Positions 38,786 to 52,326 of a stretch of 64,000 nt of DNA are shown here, piece after piece. How positions within the stretch are numbered: the stretch's first letter is position 1; each line of letters begins with the position of its first letter. The notes beneath the pieces were generated by a model. The model was not told the DNA's origin, did not search any database, and saw only the letters and a list, made by a program, of their open reading frames with translations. Source of the stretch: Antedon mediterranea (Eukaryota > Animalia > Echinodermata); assembly GCF_964355755.1 (NCBI RefSeq), contig NC_092671.1, forward strand, positions 20,212,001 to 20,276,000, in the 5' to 3' direction. The position numbers were made by a program, and so were the translations under genes.

Positions 38786-39469
38786 TTAATAAATAACGTA
38801 GATTTACACCCTAATCTAATGTTGGAGTTCCCTTTAGTTGTCTGCACTTCGGTGTCAACGTCAACAATTGAGGTTGCTAGTGGATACGGCCGATAGGGGG
38901 GTGTCAAATTACCATGACGTAATGCACGTGTGTGTTTGGGTAGTCGGACAGTAGGTGGCGCTATATATTTAAATACCACACGTACTGTTTAGGCGTTGAT
39001 TATTTATTGATAATCGGTTTTTGTATTATTATTATTATTATTTTTTTTTTTTTTTGTTTGTTATGTAGGTATAATAGTTAAACATTAGTATATTTAATAA
39101 ATACTTATATATATTATATATAGTACCTAAATCAGGACAATAATGTATTATACTTTAATTTTTTTTTTTCCTTCCAGATTTTGAACCTGCCCATCTAGAT
39201 TTTTACAAATCGAAGTTCGCCGAATTGTAGTAGTATGTTTAAAAAGATTGCAGTCAATGCAAATAGATATTTTCTATAATGAAACTTATTTTGAGTATCA
39301 TAATTTGATTTGTTTTGTATTCAAAATGTTGTATAGTTTATTTTCAATGAATAATTAACTAATTTAAAAATAATTAACTAATGAAAAGAACTTTTTTGAT
39401 GTCCTGTAAAGAAAGACCAATTCAATATACCTGTGTCAGTAATTTGTTTTTATAAAAACCTGATAGGTA

Positions 39470-41409
39470 ATGCCTGGACAAGAGAACTTCACAAAGAGAA
39501 AACTCGGTGGTTACACCAGGGAAAGAGTTGAAATTGCAGTAAGGCGCATCAGAAATGGTGAAATATCAGTGAGATCGGCCGCCAAACTTTACCAAATTCC
39601 AAAACCAGACCCATATCTAACTGTGGCAGAGGAAAATAAAGTCGTTGAATGGTTAAAGAGCATGGCCCGGATAGGGTATGGCCGCACTCACCATGAGCTA
39701 AAGCTCACGGTGAAAGAAATCGTAGAGAGTGACGGCCGGGAGACTCCTTTCAAAGACAACATGCCGGGACGGCAATGGCAGCGCAACTTTATGAAACGCC
39801 ACCCCGACCTGGCTGTGAGACTCCCAGAGTCCCTAGGAGTGGAGAGGGCTGCGGTCTCAAAAGAAAAGATAGCGGGGTGGTTTGAAGAATGCCAACGCTT
39901 CATAGCGAAGGAAAAGTTAGAAGAAGCGTTTGCGGATCCGACCCGGTTGTATAATGTTGATGAAACGGGCTTCCCTCTGGGTGTCAAGAACGAACGAGTG
40001 CTTGCGGCCAAGGGTGCAAAGGATGTCTTTCAGCAGACATCCTCAACACGTCACCAAATAACCGTAGTAGGTGGTTGCAACGCTGCTGGGTCCTTTATCC
40101 CACCCCTAATTATATTTCCGGGGGTGAGATTCGGATACAATCCGCTAGAGGGTGCTCCCGAGCACTCCTCCTTTGCCAAATCAAAAACTGGGTGGGTAAA
40201 TTCCGAAATTTTTTTTGAGTATATCTCTAATCATTTTTTGCCTTACGTTAAGTCTTTAAATGTTTCATTTCCAATTGTTTTATTTGTTGATGGCCATGCG
40301 TCTCACATCAACATCGAGACTGCAGAGTTGTGTGTAAGGGAGAAGATAGTTTTATACTGTCTTCCTTCACATTCTAGCCACCTTATTCAACCTTTGGATG
40401 TGGCCGTTTACAAGACCGTTAAGGCTTCTTGGGGTAAGGCCGTCCGTGGATGGATGATTGACCATCCCGGACAATATGTAACCAAGCAATCTTTTGCTTC
40501 AGTTTTTGGTTTGGCTTGGGAGGAAGGTGCCAAGAAGGAGCACGCAGTTTCTGGTTTCCGGAAAAGTGGGCTGTATCCCTTTAACCCAGATGCCATCGAT
40601 CAAGCGAAGCTTGCACCTTCTTCTGTTTTTCATAGGACAGAACCATTATCAACAGCCGGGCCATCAACGCCAATTACATCAAAACCAAATCAACCACTAT
40701 CAGCACCCACAACACCGTCAACACGACATTCACCAGCAAGACCGACATCATCAAAGACAGCATCGCTATCGTCGTCCTCTGCATCCAAGGTCGCCGCACT
40801 TCGTACTTTCGAAGCAGCCATGGGGGAAGCAACGGTCTCCCAATTCCAACGCCGGCAGATGGAGGGGTATGATATCCCTGACCACATGTACGAAACGTGG
40901 TTAACTCTGAGGTCGGGGCCCAGTAAGACCAGGACCCCCCTCCATCCTCATCAATGGGCAGACACCCTGATCATCAAACATACGTGTCGCTGGCGTTGGA
41001 AGAACATCTTGTATACCCGAAACGGGCCATGCCACAGGAGAAAAAGAAGAGCCTCCCTCATGTAATATCCGGGGAGGCTTACATGAAGATGCTGCGAGAA
41101 AAGGAACAAAAGAAAAAAGAAGAACAAGCAAAGGAAGAAAGAAGAAGAAAAATAGAAGAACAAAAAAATGAAAAATCAAAAAATGGCAAAAAAATAAAGA
41201 AAACAAAGACAACGCGACAGGAAACAACGATTGACGAGAATGAGTGTGCCAAGTGCCACGAGAACTATGACGACGACCCTGACAATTGGATTGGATGTGA
41301 AGGATGTTTACGATGGTACCACCGACAGTGTACCGACATAATGGACGTAGATGATCTGACGGACGACGACATTAACGACCTGGACTGGAAGTGTGATCAA
41401 TGTTTGTAA
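39470..41409 (+). pseudogene. pogo transposase: HTH-psq (partly deleted), CENP-B HTH, DD35D, C-terminal PHD; frameshift at ~40940
   Basis: NVDETG, FVDGH-35aa-QPLD; second frame ends CAKC..WIGCEGCLRWYHRQC..WKCDQC. Confidence 0.88.
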
Positions 41410-42859
41410 TAAATGTGTTTGTCAGGTTTAAATTAAATGTTAAGAATCACGCTAATTAACACTTTTGATATCGGTACATATAAACTGGAATTTTATGCAC
41501 AAATCTCATCGTCTTTATATAAATAAATGATAAAAATAATAATGAATCTGGCTTCCAATATATTATATAAATATATTGTATAAATGATATGTAGGTCTAC
41601 AGTATGATTTGTGAATCATTAGTATTACATTATAATAATACAGCTATAATTGGATTATAGTGTAGTGTGGTGTTTGTGTACACTAATAAAAGTTCACTAA
41701 GAAATGATAAAACGCTGAAAATAACTTTCGTCAGTAATTAACTATACATCAGGGATAAACTTGTTTTGGGCATGAAACGCATTTGCAACCATCGATCATC
41801 TGTGAAGAAAATGAAAATAATGTGAACATAAACTTTGTAAAAAATATATCACGATAATGACGTTCAGGAATTGTCTATAACAAACAAACGGAAAATCGAA
41901 ATACAGGTAATAAAACAACCAATAAGTACTAACCCTTTTTTTTTTTAAATATTTATATCATCAAAGAATATTTTAAACATTCTAAAATTATTGTTTACTG
42001 GGTAAATTACCTTACGACAATATCATAGAGCAAAGAAAAACGCGATATAATATATAAAATAGAGGGTGTCCGAATACGGAAACGCACCTGTCCGAGTACA
42101 TAGGCCTATACCAAAATACTTTTTTTTTAAATAGATATTTATAACATCAAAGAATATTTAAAAGATTCTATAATTATTTTTTACGAGGTAAGTTACCTAT
42201 AAAAATATCTTAAAGCGAGGAAAAACGCGGTATAATACATAAAATAGTGTACGAACCACGCGTCCGAGTACCGGGCCTAGAAGACATCGGTACCATTTTG
42301 GCCCTCTTGTAGTTACCCAATGGTTTTTTCCCGTGATATTTGGTGATTATTATTAACACATATTATATTATCGGTTATATTGTTCAAAGTGATAAAGATA
42401 TTCAATTTAAGTAATTATATTAATTTTCGTCTAAACTGTCCGAGTACCGCACCCCCTACCGGGTAGGGGGTGCGGTACTCGAACGGATAACACTATAATG
42501 TACACAATTGCTAAAATTGTACATTTAGACAAACTTTTAGAATTTTAATAGAAACTTACAAATATAACTGTAATAATAATTTAGTGTCGCCAAAAACAGC
42601 AACTAAATTCATATCTAGAAGGGCCCTGGATTACCTAAGCCTTCAAGGATCGGTACTCGGATGCGTTTTTTGGTACTCGGACGCCCTCAATGTTTTGTTT
42701 ATATTTCACATTATTTCATTAAAAAAAAAATTTTTTTTTTTTAATATACAAATATAATCATTTTATTCTTTATAATATTTGATTTTTATAGAGATATTGA
42801 ATTACTTTAAAAAATGCGATCCACTAATTAATTTTAGTGATTAATTCCATGTTTTTATA

Positions 42860-45800
42860 TATTCCATGTTATTATGTACATAATGGCTCTATTTAGTTGT
42901 TTGATGACATTACTCTGCACATTATTTCTGAGATCAATCATATTTCAACCAGGTTCATTTGATTGTCTGGTTCGTCAACTCAGCTATCATAACGAAAATG
43001 TTCACTATAACATCCGTGTCGGTGAGTCATGTTCTCTTTTTTTGCATACATGTGCTAGCATTAATAACACCACAAGAAAACGATATATAAGTAGGCCTGT
43101 GAGATATTACGCCAATCATTATTCGACTTTTAACCTATGTTTGTTGGTTAGTGGCGACATTCATCCTCACCCAGGCCCAGAGCTGATGCATAGGAACAAG
43201 AGCCAGCATATTGGAAACGGTAATAGTACGAAGAATACATGTGAATCTTGCGCTAAAACGACGAGACGCAATCAAAAATGTCTGATTTGCTGTGAATGTC
43301 ATCACATATTTCATATCAAGTGCATACCTATGAGCAGCGATAGTTATGTGTTTTATCAAGATAATCCATGGGCGTGTAACATCTGCTCCCTACCACAACT
43401 ATCGGACTCATTTTTTTACAACTCATTGATCAACAACAGTATATTGTCACTTGCATCCAGCAATACATCAACTGATTCTTCCATCTTTGAAACTAACCTT
43501 ATTCAAGTTGCTTTATTTAACGCCAGAAGTGTGGTGAATAAGATCGAAGAATTCCATGCGCGTATCGCAATTGATGAATTGGATATCTTGATTGTCACAG
43601 AAACGTGGCTGGACTCCTCTATTGATAGTACGGAACTGTTTCCAGACTCATTCGTTGTGTACAGAAAAGACCGTTCAAGACACGGTGGTGGTGTTCTGTT
43701 AGCTTTGAAGAACGCATTTAAATCCTCTATTGTTGACTTTCCTACTAACATTGAGGTCAAAATTATTGAAATAACTGTAAATAACAATTTTAACGTTTTA
43801 ATATGTGCTGTTTATAGGCCACCGAGTTCAAATGACGATTGGCTCAATCAATTCCACGATGTCGTTGATTTTATCCTATCTATTTTACATAAGTACTGTG
43901 GTATAATTTTAACTGGTGATTTTAATTATGATTACGGTGTTGATAGTCCCTTAGTTTATAAGAAATTTAAAGAAATTATTGCTCCACTTGATACTATACA
44001 ATTTGTTGATTTTTTTTACTCGTGTATCTAACACCAAAAGTAGCATTATTGATCTGGTCTTGTGCAATAACCCTGACATTGTATGTAATTTCAGAAGTCA
44101 TCCCGGTCTCAGTACAAGTGACCACCTTGGGGTTTATTTTAATATTAACGCTAGATGCAGTAAAGTTAAACCTGTAGATAGATATTATTATCAATATAGT
44201 AAATGTGACCATGACGATCTTTTTACAACGTTGGGGGCGGTTCCTTGGGGACTGTGCCTGGAACAATCAAACTGAGGAAATGTGGGAAAATTTTAAAGAC
44301 CTCTTTCTCGCCACTATCAACGATTGTATCCCTAAAGTCAAAAGTAAAAAAAGAAACAGGCCAGCTTGGATAACTCAAGAAATGGTTATCATGGCTCGTA
44401 AAAAGAAACGAATGCTAAAAGAGGCTTATCGTCATCCTCATAACCCAAGTAAGATGGACAAATATAGAAAGTTTAGTAATAAATTAAGAAACCTAACAAA
44501 AAAAGCTCATTTACAATATATTAGGAAATTAAGTGCCGCCTGTGTAAATGGTGACTCCAAACGTTTTTTTAGTTATGTTAAGACTAGGCGTAAGACTGGA
44601 CAAGTCAAAAACTTTGTTTTTAACGGTATACCCTTGGTTTCCGATATTGATGCGGTAAATGCATTTTCCACTTTCTTTGCGTCAAACTTTAACGAACCTA
44701 ATCGTAATTTCAATGTTAACCATGAGATCTGTAATTGTGTTCACCCAGATATTGTTCCCCTTAATAACATTAATATTACTGAAAAAACTATTTTCGAGGC
44801 TCTATTGTCATTGAAACCCAACAAATCCCCTGGACCAGACGGGATTACACCTAAAATGTTATCCATGTCAGCTCCAATTATTGCCCCAGTGTTGTGCAAA
44901 ATGTTTAACAAGTTCGTAACGGATGGCTTTGTACCAAAAGATTGGAAACTCGCGAATGTCACTCCTATTTTTAAGTCAGGTAATCGGAACGATGTTAATA
45001 ATTATCGACCCATATCGCTATGTTCTATTATAGGTAAGGTTTTTTAACGTATTATAGCAGATAACATTCTTTTTCATCTTCAATTTTTTGGATTTATAAG
45101 TCCCACGCAACACGGGTTTTATCCAGGTAGATCGTGTATTACTCAGGCCTCAGCGTTATATCATGATTGGTCACAAACAATGGATGTTAGACAACCTCCT
45201 GTAATTGATGCAATATTCCTTGATTGGGAGAAGGCCTTTGATCGTGTTCCCCATGATTTAGTAATCAAGAAACTGCACAACATGGGAGTATGTGGATCTC
45301 TCCTAAAGTGTCTTCACTCCTTTCTCAGTGACAGATTCCAACGTGTTGTTCTTAATAAGGAGCATTCGGATTGGGATAGAGTGGGCTCGGGTGTTCCTCA
45401 GGGATCCGTGTTAGGCCCGCTTCTATTTAATCTCTTTGTTTATGACCTACCTCTAAATACCTCTTCTGTTATGAAGCAGTATGCAGACGATACAGTAATT
45501 TATAAACCTGTATTCAGTCGTCATGATGCACTTACCTTACAACAGGATCTTTGTAAAATTTCCAAATGGTGTGAGGATAATAAAATGAAATTAAATGCAA
45601 AGAAGTGTAAAGTCATGCACATAACTAGGAAACGTAATTATATCCCTCATTTTATTTATACAATCGAATCCAATCCCATTGAAGCTGTTAATTCACATAA
45701 ATATCTTGGTATTAACTTCTCACGTGATTTAACATGGTCTGCTCACGTTAATGATGTATCGATGAAATCTATGAGAATGCTTGGGTTTATTAAACGGTTT

Positions 45801-46490
45801 GTAGGTTTCAATGACACCGAAATTTTACTACGACTTTTTAATGCACTATGTCGACCTGTTATTGAATATGGTGCTCCTGTGTGGGATCCACATCAAAAAC
45901 AACATAATATAGCTATTAACAAGTCATTAAGACGGGTTACTAAATTGTGTGTTGAAGGCGATTTCACTGACAGGCTTAAGATTCTAAATTTACCAGATAT
46001 GGTTCAAAGAATGAAATTTCATAGTATAATTTTTGTAGTTAAGTGTTTGCATAATTTAATTGATTTTGATATATTTGAATACCTTACAATTAATTCTCGG
46101 TATCCAGAGTCCCTCACCTTTAAACACATGTATGCTAGAACTAATGCATTTAAATACTCCCTGTTTGTTAATTTCCCTCGAATATGGGAATGTATCCCGC
46201 ATGAAGTTCGTAACAAAGTCCTGTTTAACTTTGGGGGGTTTAGAAGGGATTTGAAAAAATGTATTACTGATATCGAATTCATCTAGACTATCACTGTGTT
46301 TTTATGTCTATTGCGTTTTTCGTACTATTAGTTGGGAAAGCCACTCGACAGTGCAGTTCTTTTGAACTGATCCACTTTTGGTTACCCGCAGGTGCTGATA
46401 GTACTTTTGTTCTGTTTTGTTGAATGATGCCGTACCTTGTTTATGATTTTTGTATGTTACCTGGAAATTGAATAAAATAAAAAAAAAAAA
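42860..46490 (+). mobile_element. CR1-group LINE with single 2A-like/PHD/APE/RT ORF
   Basis: ORF pieces 42874-46286, 3' UTR, AATAAA and poly(A) ending 46490. Confidence 0.9.
42874..46286 (+). pseudogene. LINE polyprotein; frameshifts ~44010 and ~44270, premature TAA 45045
   Basis: LLVSGDIHPHPGP, CESC..CCEC..FHIKC..WACNIC, FNARSV, TETW, YRPP, GDFN, SPGPDGI, YRPISL, PQGSVLGP, YADD. Confidence 0.9.
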
Positions 46491-47228
46491 AGCGCCACCT
46501 ACTGTCCGACTTCTAAAACAGGGGTACCATTTTGGTTCTTGGTATTTGAAGCCCTCTATCAGCCATATCCACGTGTAGCGGCCATTTTTTATTTTTTTAA
46601 CAACGAAGTAAGAGTTAAGAACCAACTATTAAAATCAAATTTTGGGTTACTTTTACACATTTTAAATAAGTTTGGTGTAGATTTTATAGACCTATGACCT
46701 TATAAGTTTCTTTAAAAACCCAAAATCATGTGTGACCTTGAACTTTACCTTACATAAATTATTGGTTTTAGAAGCGATGTTCATGGAAAATTGTAATTTT
46801 TTTTGGTTACCCAGCGACGTGACATCGGTAATGAATAATTCATGAGGAAAAATTATTTGATTGGTCAATATTTTATACATTCATAAGTAAACAGTGTCAC
46901 GTGTCCGAGTAACAACAATGTCCGGGTAGCGCGCCCTCTACCCTAGGCTATTATTATATATGCCATAGAATATTACGGCTATGTTGAAAGCTAAGGTAGG
47001 AATTAGGTCAGGTCAACTCGGCCTTAAACCGTCTCGGCCAAAATCAAGTCGGGCCCCACCATTAACTCGCCCCTACGTGAACTCTGCCCTAATAAGTCAA
47101 GTCGGCCTAAAATCTTTTCGGCTTCACGTCATCTCGGCCTCAAGCCAACTCGGCCTCACATCAAATCGGCCAAAAATTACTAGGTAAACTCGGCCTCATT
47201 CAAATATGGAACGCAAAAAGTGCTAATA

Positions 47229-47870
47229 CCGTACTGACGCGGGTATAAGCCCATACAGTACTCGGGTATAAGCCCACCCCTGACTTTTGACTAATTTTCA
47301 TGAAAAATGAGGCACTCGGGTATAAGCCCAACCATTAATTCGAAGATCTATAGTGTGTGTGTCGTAATACATTATTTTGTATTTGGCGACGTCTACACCT
47401 ACCTTTGATCATAACCAAGCTAGGCTAATATACGCCATATGAGGCCTAGCGGTCCTGTTTTGTTTACACTCCATCGCGGTCGAAGATCGCTTCACACGCT
47501 ACAAGTCGCCAAAACGGAAAACCACTATTTGGTATCGGCTGCCATAAACAAGCTTATTAAATTTCTTTGGTACATTTCTATTTAACGAACATTGTATACT
47601 TGCTTTTCTGCTTGATAAATTCTTGTTCAATTGATGTTTAAAATAAGATATTCTACGATAAATTACACGAACTATAAGTATAAGCTTAATTTTCCGACAC
47701 TCTACACCTCGTGTATTTTGAGGGCGCTCGCTCGCATGGTGGAATACACAGTGTATACATGTGCTGTTTTTGACAATCTGCATTTTTGGATCCTCGGGTA
47801 TAAGCCCACCCCCCAAACTTGACGTGATTTCATGTTCAAGGGGGGTGGGCTTATACCCGCGTCAGTACGG
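47229..47870. mobile_element. Tigger/pogo-like MITE, copy 2
   Basis: Same TIRs and body as 36912-37578, TA flanks. Confidence 0.9.
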
Positions 47871-48071
47871 TAGTTTAATGGAAAAAATCATTATTGCGTT
47901 GTCTATTTCACACACTCTATTAATGCATGTTTTTTTATGTAAAATGGAAATCCCCGGTCAAAAACACGTATTTCACTTCATCTCAGTATGTACAGTACAG
48001 AAAGAAAATACTACAACTGCCGGGAACTCAATTATAAACTATAGTGGAAAGGATTTACAAACGATACACTT

Positions 48072-48721
48072 GCAGCCCGCGAAATTTACCTCGGCATTCG
48101 GCAATGCCGAGGTAAATGCCGAGGTCCTGCTAGCTTACCACGGCATTGATTTGCCGAGGCTCTTTTTATTGATTTAGGCCTTGGAGTAAAATCAAGGCTA
48201 CCACATACACAGCAAATAGATAGTTTTATGCCTACTGTATTACAGTTTTTTTCAAATTTACCTTCGTTACAAGTGAATTAAATATATCTTTAAATATTTG
48301 TACTGTACGTTGGAGCTATTATTAGGCCTAGGCCTAGACCGCTCCGGCGTTTACAACAACAACGAACCACACTCAGCAGCTCTATCGTCGTATGATGTGA
48401 GTTTAGTGAGGCATGACAAATCACATGACTTATTGTTACTTGGCTGATCTGAGAGAATGGAAGAGTCCAACTTGTATTGGGGATTGAAAACCACGTGGTT
48501 TGTTTGCGTGGTTATTATTTAGAGAGCAAGCCGCGCCGCAAATGCGCTGTACATTATAACACAGCTATTTTTAGGTACAGTACAGTTAATGTGTGTGTGA
48601 TTGAATACTAAAAATAGCTTTGGGGGCTGAACAAAAAAAATGCCGACGTGTTGCCGAGGTGGGCTTCGTTTACGTCGGCATTTTTTTGCCGAGGTCATTT
48701 CGTCCCAATTTCGAAGGCTGC
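48072..48721. mobile_element. MITE with 4-bp TSD (Sola-like)
   Basis: GCAGCC..CGAAATT / AATTTCG..GGCTGC termini, TGCCGAGG subrepeats, ACTT on both flanks. Confidence 0.6.
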
Positions 48722-49832
48722 ACTTGGCTATCGGGCCCAATTTTAAGCTGATCGGGCCAAATGTAAAAAAGAAACATTAAAAAATGGGCCCGATCGTCTC
48801 TATGATGGTCCCGATCGTCCTTGGCCCTGATTGTCTGTTCACCGGCTAGCCTAGCTAGGCCTTGACAAAATAAAATGGAAAATTTAATATAATCTATAAG
48901 TATATTTAATTCGTCATATAGTGACGAATTAAATATAATTTATATGCATTGATTTAAATAAAAATAAATTAATTGATTGATTTTCTCAGAATCTTTAATT
49001 ATTTATAATATTATATGATAGGATCTTGCTAATGCAAATACAATAGCCGGTATCACAATCCAATCAAAGATCCCTCTGCGTATAATGTCATAAAACCACA
49101 TTTGTTACATAATAATAAAGACATACTGTAAGTTACTTTTCATCTGTAAGACTCGATCTCAGTACCTTGAATGCCATAGACACGAGCACCACCGAGCCAT
49201 ACACAACTGACTAAAAGTTGTATAAAGATTCTTCCGTGTATTTACTATGCAGTAACCACTTTGGTGCAGATATATTATTAAAATTTTTAAAAATGATGCA
49301 ATGTCAAACTATATAATTCAACCTTTAGTATATTCATGTTAAGGAAGAAAGTTAATGTTAAGTTTGTTATTTCGGCCTAAGAAAATGTTATAATTCGTTG
49401 ATTCGAAATTAATTTTTTCAAATTTAATATGCAATTAATGATGACTTAATCAACTTTTGTTTTTGTAATTTCATAATAAATCATACATGTAACCCAGATT
49501 TGTTTCTGCAACTTTATAATTAATCTTAATGAATAAATATAGCGCAAACGTAATTCAAATACAAAAACATCAGAATATAAATTTTACAGAACACGTTTAT
49601 TCAACCCAACTAGAATAAAATTAAAATTAAACAAAAGAGAACGGAAAGTATGACCAACTTATCTAAGGCGCCGATAAGGTTATTAAAGATAAGGTAGCTA
49701 CCGCTTCCAACGGCAATCTTGATCTCCGTCTTGCGGTTTTCGCCTTACGGTTGATGAATACAGTCTATACAGATAATTTTTGTGTCCGAGAACTGGTGGT
49801 TCTACGGTAGCCTATACAGAGAGGCAAAAAAA

Positions 49833-50608
49833 GTATAATAATATACAAATAATGAATGTTTATGAGTGTAATGGTACAAATAATGGCACGAGGTGAATGA
49901 TGAAAGGTTATATTTCAACGAGGCGATGAAATAAAATGTAGGCCTACCCAAGGCCTACATTTGTTTCACATTGATTAACAGTAACATTTGGTTTTTAATA
50001 ATTATATTAGATATTATTATTTAAATGGATTTTATAAATGCACCTACTTTTAGTGTTAATTATGTCAACAAACGACCAAACAATCCTAGGCCTAGCAAGG
50101 CTAAAACGCCTAGGCCCAGCCTAATACTAACAGGCCAAGGCCTACTACTAGGCCTAGGCTGAAAGACAGCAATACAAAACTTCGACAGGCAACTGGAAAT
50201 AATCCAGGCTAATTATGTTTTTTCCAACGATTCCACGTCTTGTACAGATGTTCCCATTAATTAATCAAAATTCTAAAAACAATCTCAAGCTAATTTAAAT
50301 GCCTTTTTGAATGAAATTAGACTAGTACATATATATCTCCAAATCGTACACAAAAATCTACTGCTGCATATCTCGCGGTTGTGTTTACAAACGAATCTGA
50401 GGCCAGACGACAGGTGGCGCTGTTGTATTTCACAGTAAAAATATATACTAGATTTTTTTTTCATCCGCGAAACGTGTTTTTTTTTCGTACACAAAAATGT
50501 TCTAAAAAGTACTATTAAACGATCGTTTAATAGTCCGTACTATTAAACGCCATGTGACCCACATTCGTCCAATCAAATGACAGGAATTTATTTAGGTGTT
50601 ATATAATA
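49833..50608 (-). mobile_element. Possible Crypton-like non-autonomous element
   Basis: No TIR; TATAATA at both ends, CCAATCAAATGACAGGAATT near one end. Confidence 0.35.
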
Positions 50609-50751
50609 CAGTATACTGTCTAAAATAGTTTAACATTGAATGTACCATAAGTACATTATCAGACTTACATGGCAATAGTCAAAAAACGACTTATGGCAAT
50701 CGTTGTCTCAAAAATAACCTAATGAAAAGGTAAAATAAAACATTGTCTTAA

Positions 50752-52326
50752 AGGGGGATTCTGGGTTTAAAATTGCTTTTAAATATCGTTTATTTATTAA
50801 ATAAAAAATATTATAACAATATAGACATGTCAGAATGAAGAAGTAATAACGAGAAATTAAAAAAATTAAATTTCATATACATTTTAGGGTAAATTCATGG
50901 AAAGTCTGTTTTTCAGCAGCTTAGGGAAGCTCATTAATATTCATGAGATATTCACAAAATCACGTCATCAGTGGATTCCAAACTCGCGACGTCAAGCTTG
51001 TACGTTGTGTTCTCTCTCCTCTGTCAAACGACGACCACCCGATCATTGTGAAATACATTTTTTGTAGATTTGCTAAGAAGCTAGGCCTAAAGTGTAATAA
51101 TAACAGTAGCATATATTTATTTGACATTTAATGAAATACAAAATTTAGTACAGATTACGGAGTCATTATACTATTTTTATACCTCGAATTAATAGTAACA
51201 GATCGTATATCGGCTTCACGTACTAGGCTAGGCCTAGACTAAATCATTTTATTCATGCCGGGGTGAGAGCCATTTCTGACTAGGGATTCCATGCCACGAT
51301 GGCCATCATTCATGGGCCTAGCTAGCCTATTACTAAACGATTGGCCCATAAATAACAAAACTCAGTGGATTCCAAACCCATCCTATCAACCAAACTCCTA
51401 AACAATCTAAACCTAAAACGTTCTACAAAAATCGGCTGTAAATATTGAGGCAAAACAAGGTCCGATCGCCGTCCACACGTATGGTCTAATAAGTAGGCCT
51501 AGTTTACTCTCCAAAAAATCGTATACTGCATCAAGCAAGTAGACCGGTAGTAGGAAGGAGACCTAGCCTAGCCTAGCCGATCCGGCCCAGTTAAAAATTG
51601 AGCTAGCTAGTGTAGTAGACCGAATTGATACTACCAGGCCTTTTACTATAGGCTACACTTGTTAAAATTAGCAATACTGTACTTATGTTTACAAATATTC
51701 CAACTCTCTCATTCGAGCTATATTATCTATACCATTCCGGTAGGTTGAGTCGACCTTCAATCAAATACTGTACATCGTTCATGTTGTGATATAGACGGGG
51801 TATACTCGACCCGACCAGTTTGGTATTGTATACTGTATCTGCTTATCACGTGACGATGCCAGGCATGGGCAGAGAGAGCACGTGTATCGTCGTCTCGCTC
51901 TCCTCGCTCAGCAGGAATGTATACGTTACGCTTCATTGATTTTGAAGGCTTTCCCTAAGTCAGTGCGAAAATCGGCAAACGTAAAGTGCAAACTTATCTA
52001 ATTTTTCACTGTTTTGATGGATTTTCATAGAAAATTGATTTTATAAATGGGAAGACCGACTAAAATTACATCAGATAAGTATAATTTTACAAAAGTAATT
52101 GATATGGTTATTGATAACGAGTCGTCGGAAGATTGACCATTTCACGAATTTCGTATTCTGTAACCACAGTGTGATTTTGCCGTAGCTGCACTTGTAATCT
52201 GGCCTCATTTCACAGCCTTCGTTCTGCTTCACTGGGCGCTTATATAAATTGAAACTTTTACCGTTCAAGAGACAAACAAATATATTTTACATTTTTTACT
52301 ATTCATTTTAAACCCGGAACCCCCCT
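50752..52326. mobile_element. Kolobok-like non-autonomous element, copy 2
   Basis: TTAA TSD, AGGGGGATTC..GAACCCCCCT termini, collinear with copy 1. Confidence 0.85.

Larger units (their letters stand above)
36238..42460 (+). mobile_element. pogo-superfamily (DD35D, Fot1/Passer-like) DNA transposon
   Basis: TA|GGGTAGAGGGCGCGCTACCCGGACA left end, TGTCCGAGTACCGCACCCCCTACC right end, GTCCGAGTA subterminal repeats, internal transposase. Confidence 0.8.
42461..46943 (-). mobile_element. Inverted non-autonomous pogo relative, interrupted by a LINE
   Basis: Begins GGGTAGGGGGTGCGGTACTCG, ends ..GCGCCCTCTACCC|TA; AGCGCCACCTACTGTCCGAC (46491) is the inverse of 38944-38963. Confidence 0.7.
36064..48845. 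mobile_element. Probable Mutator-like element inflated to 12.8 kb by nested insertions
   Basis: CCGG termini, GACGATTCGGCC-type subterminal repeats inverted at the right end, 9-bp flank repeat CTAGCCTAG (low-complexity context). Confidence 0.5.

Noticed and set aside
44005-44022. T-run at the ORF break of the second LINE as a programmed frameshift
   Set aside because: Falls in the middle of the APE domain of a copy with other lesions; best read as homopolymer slippage or sequencing error
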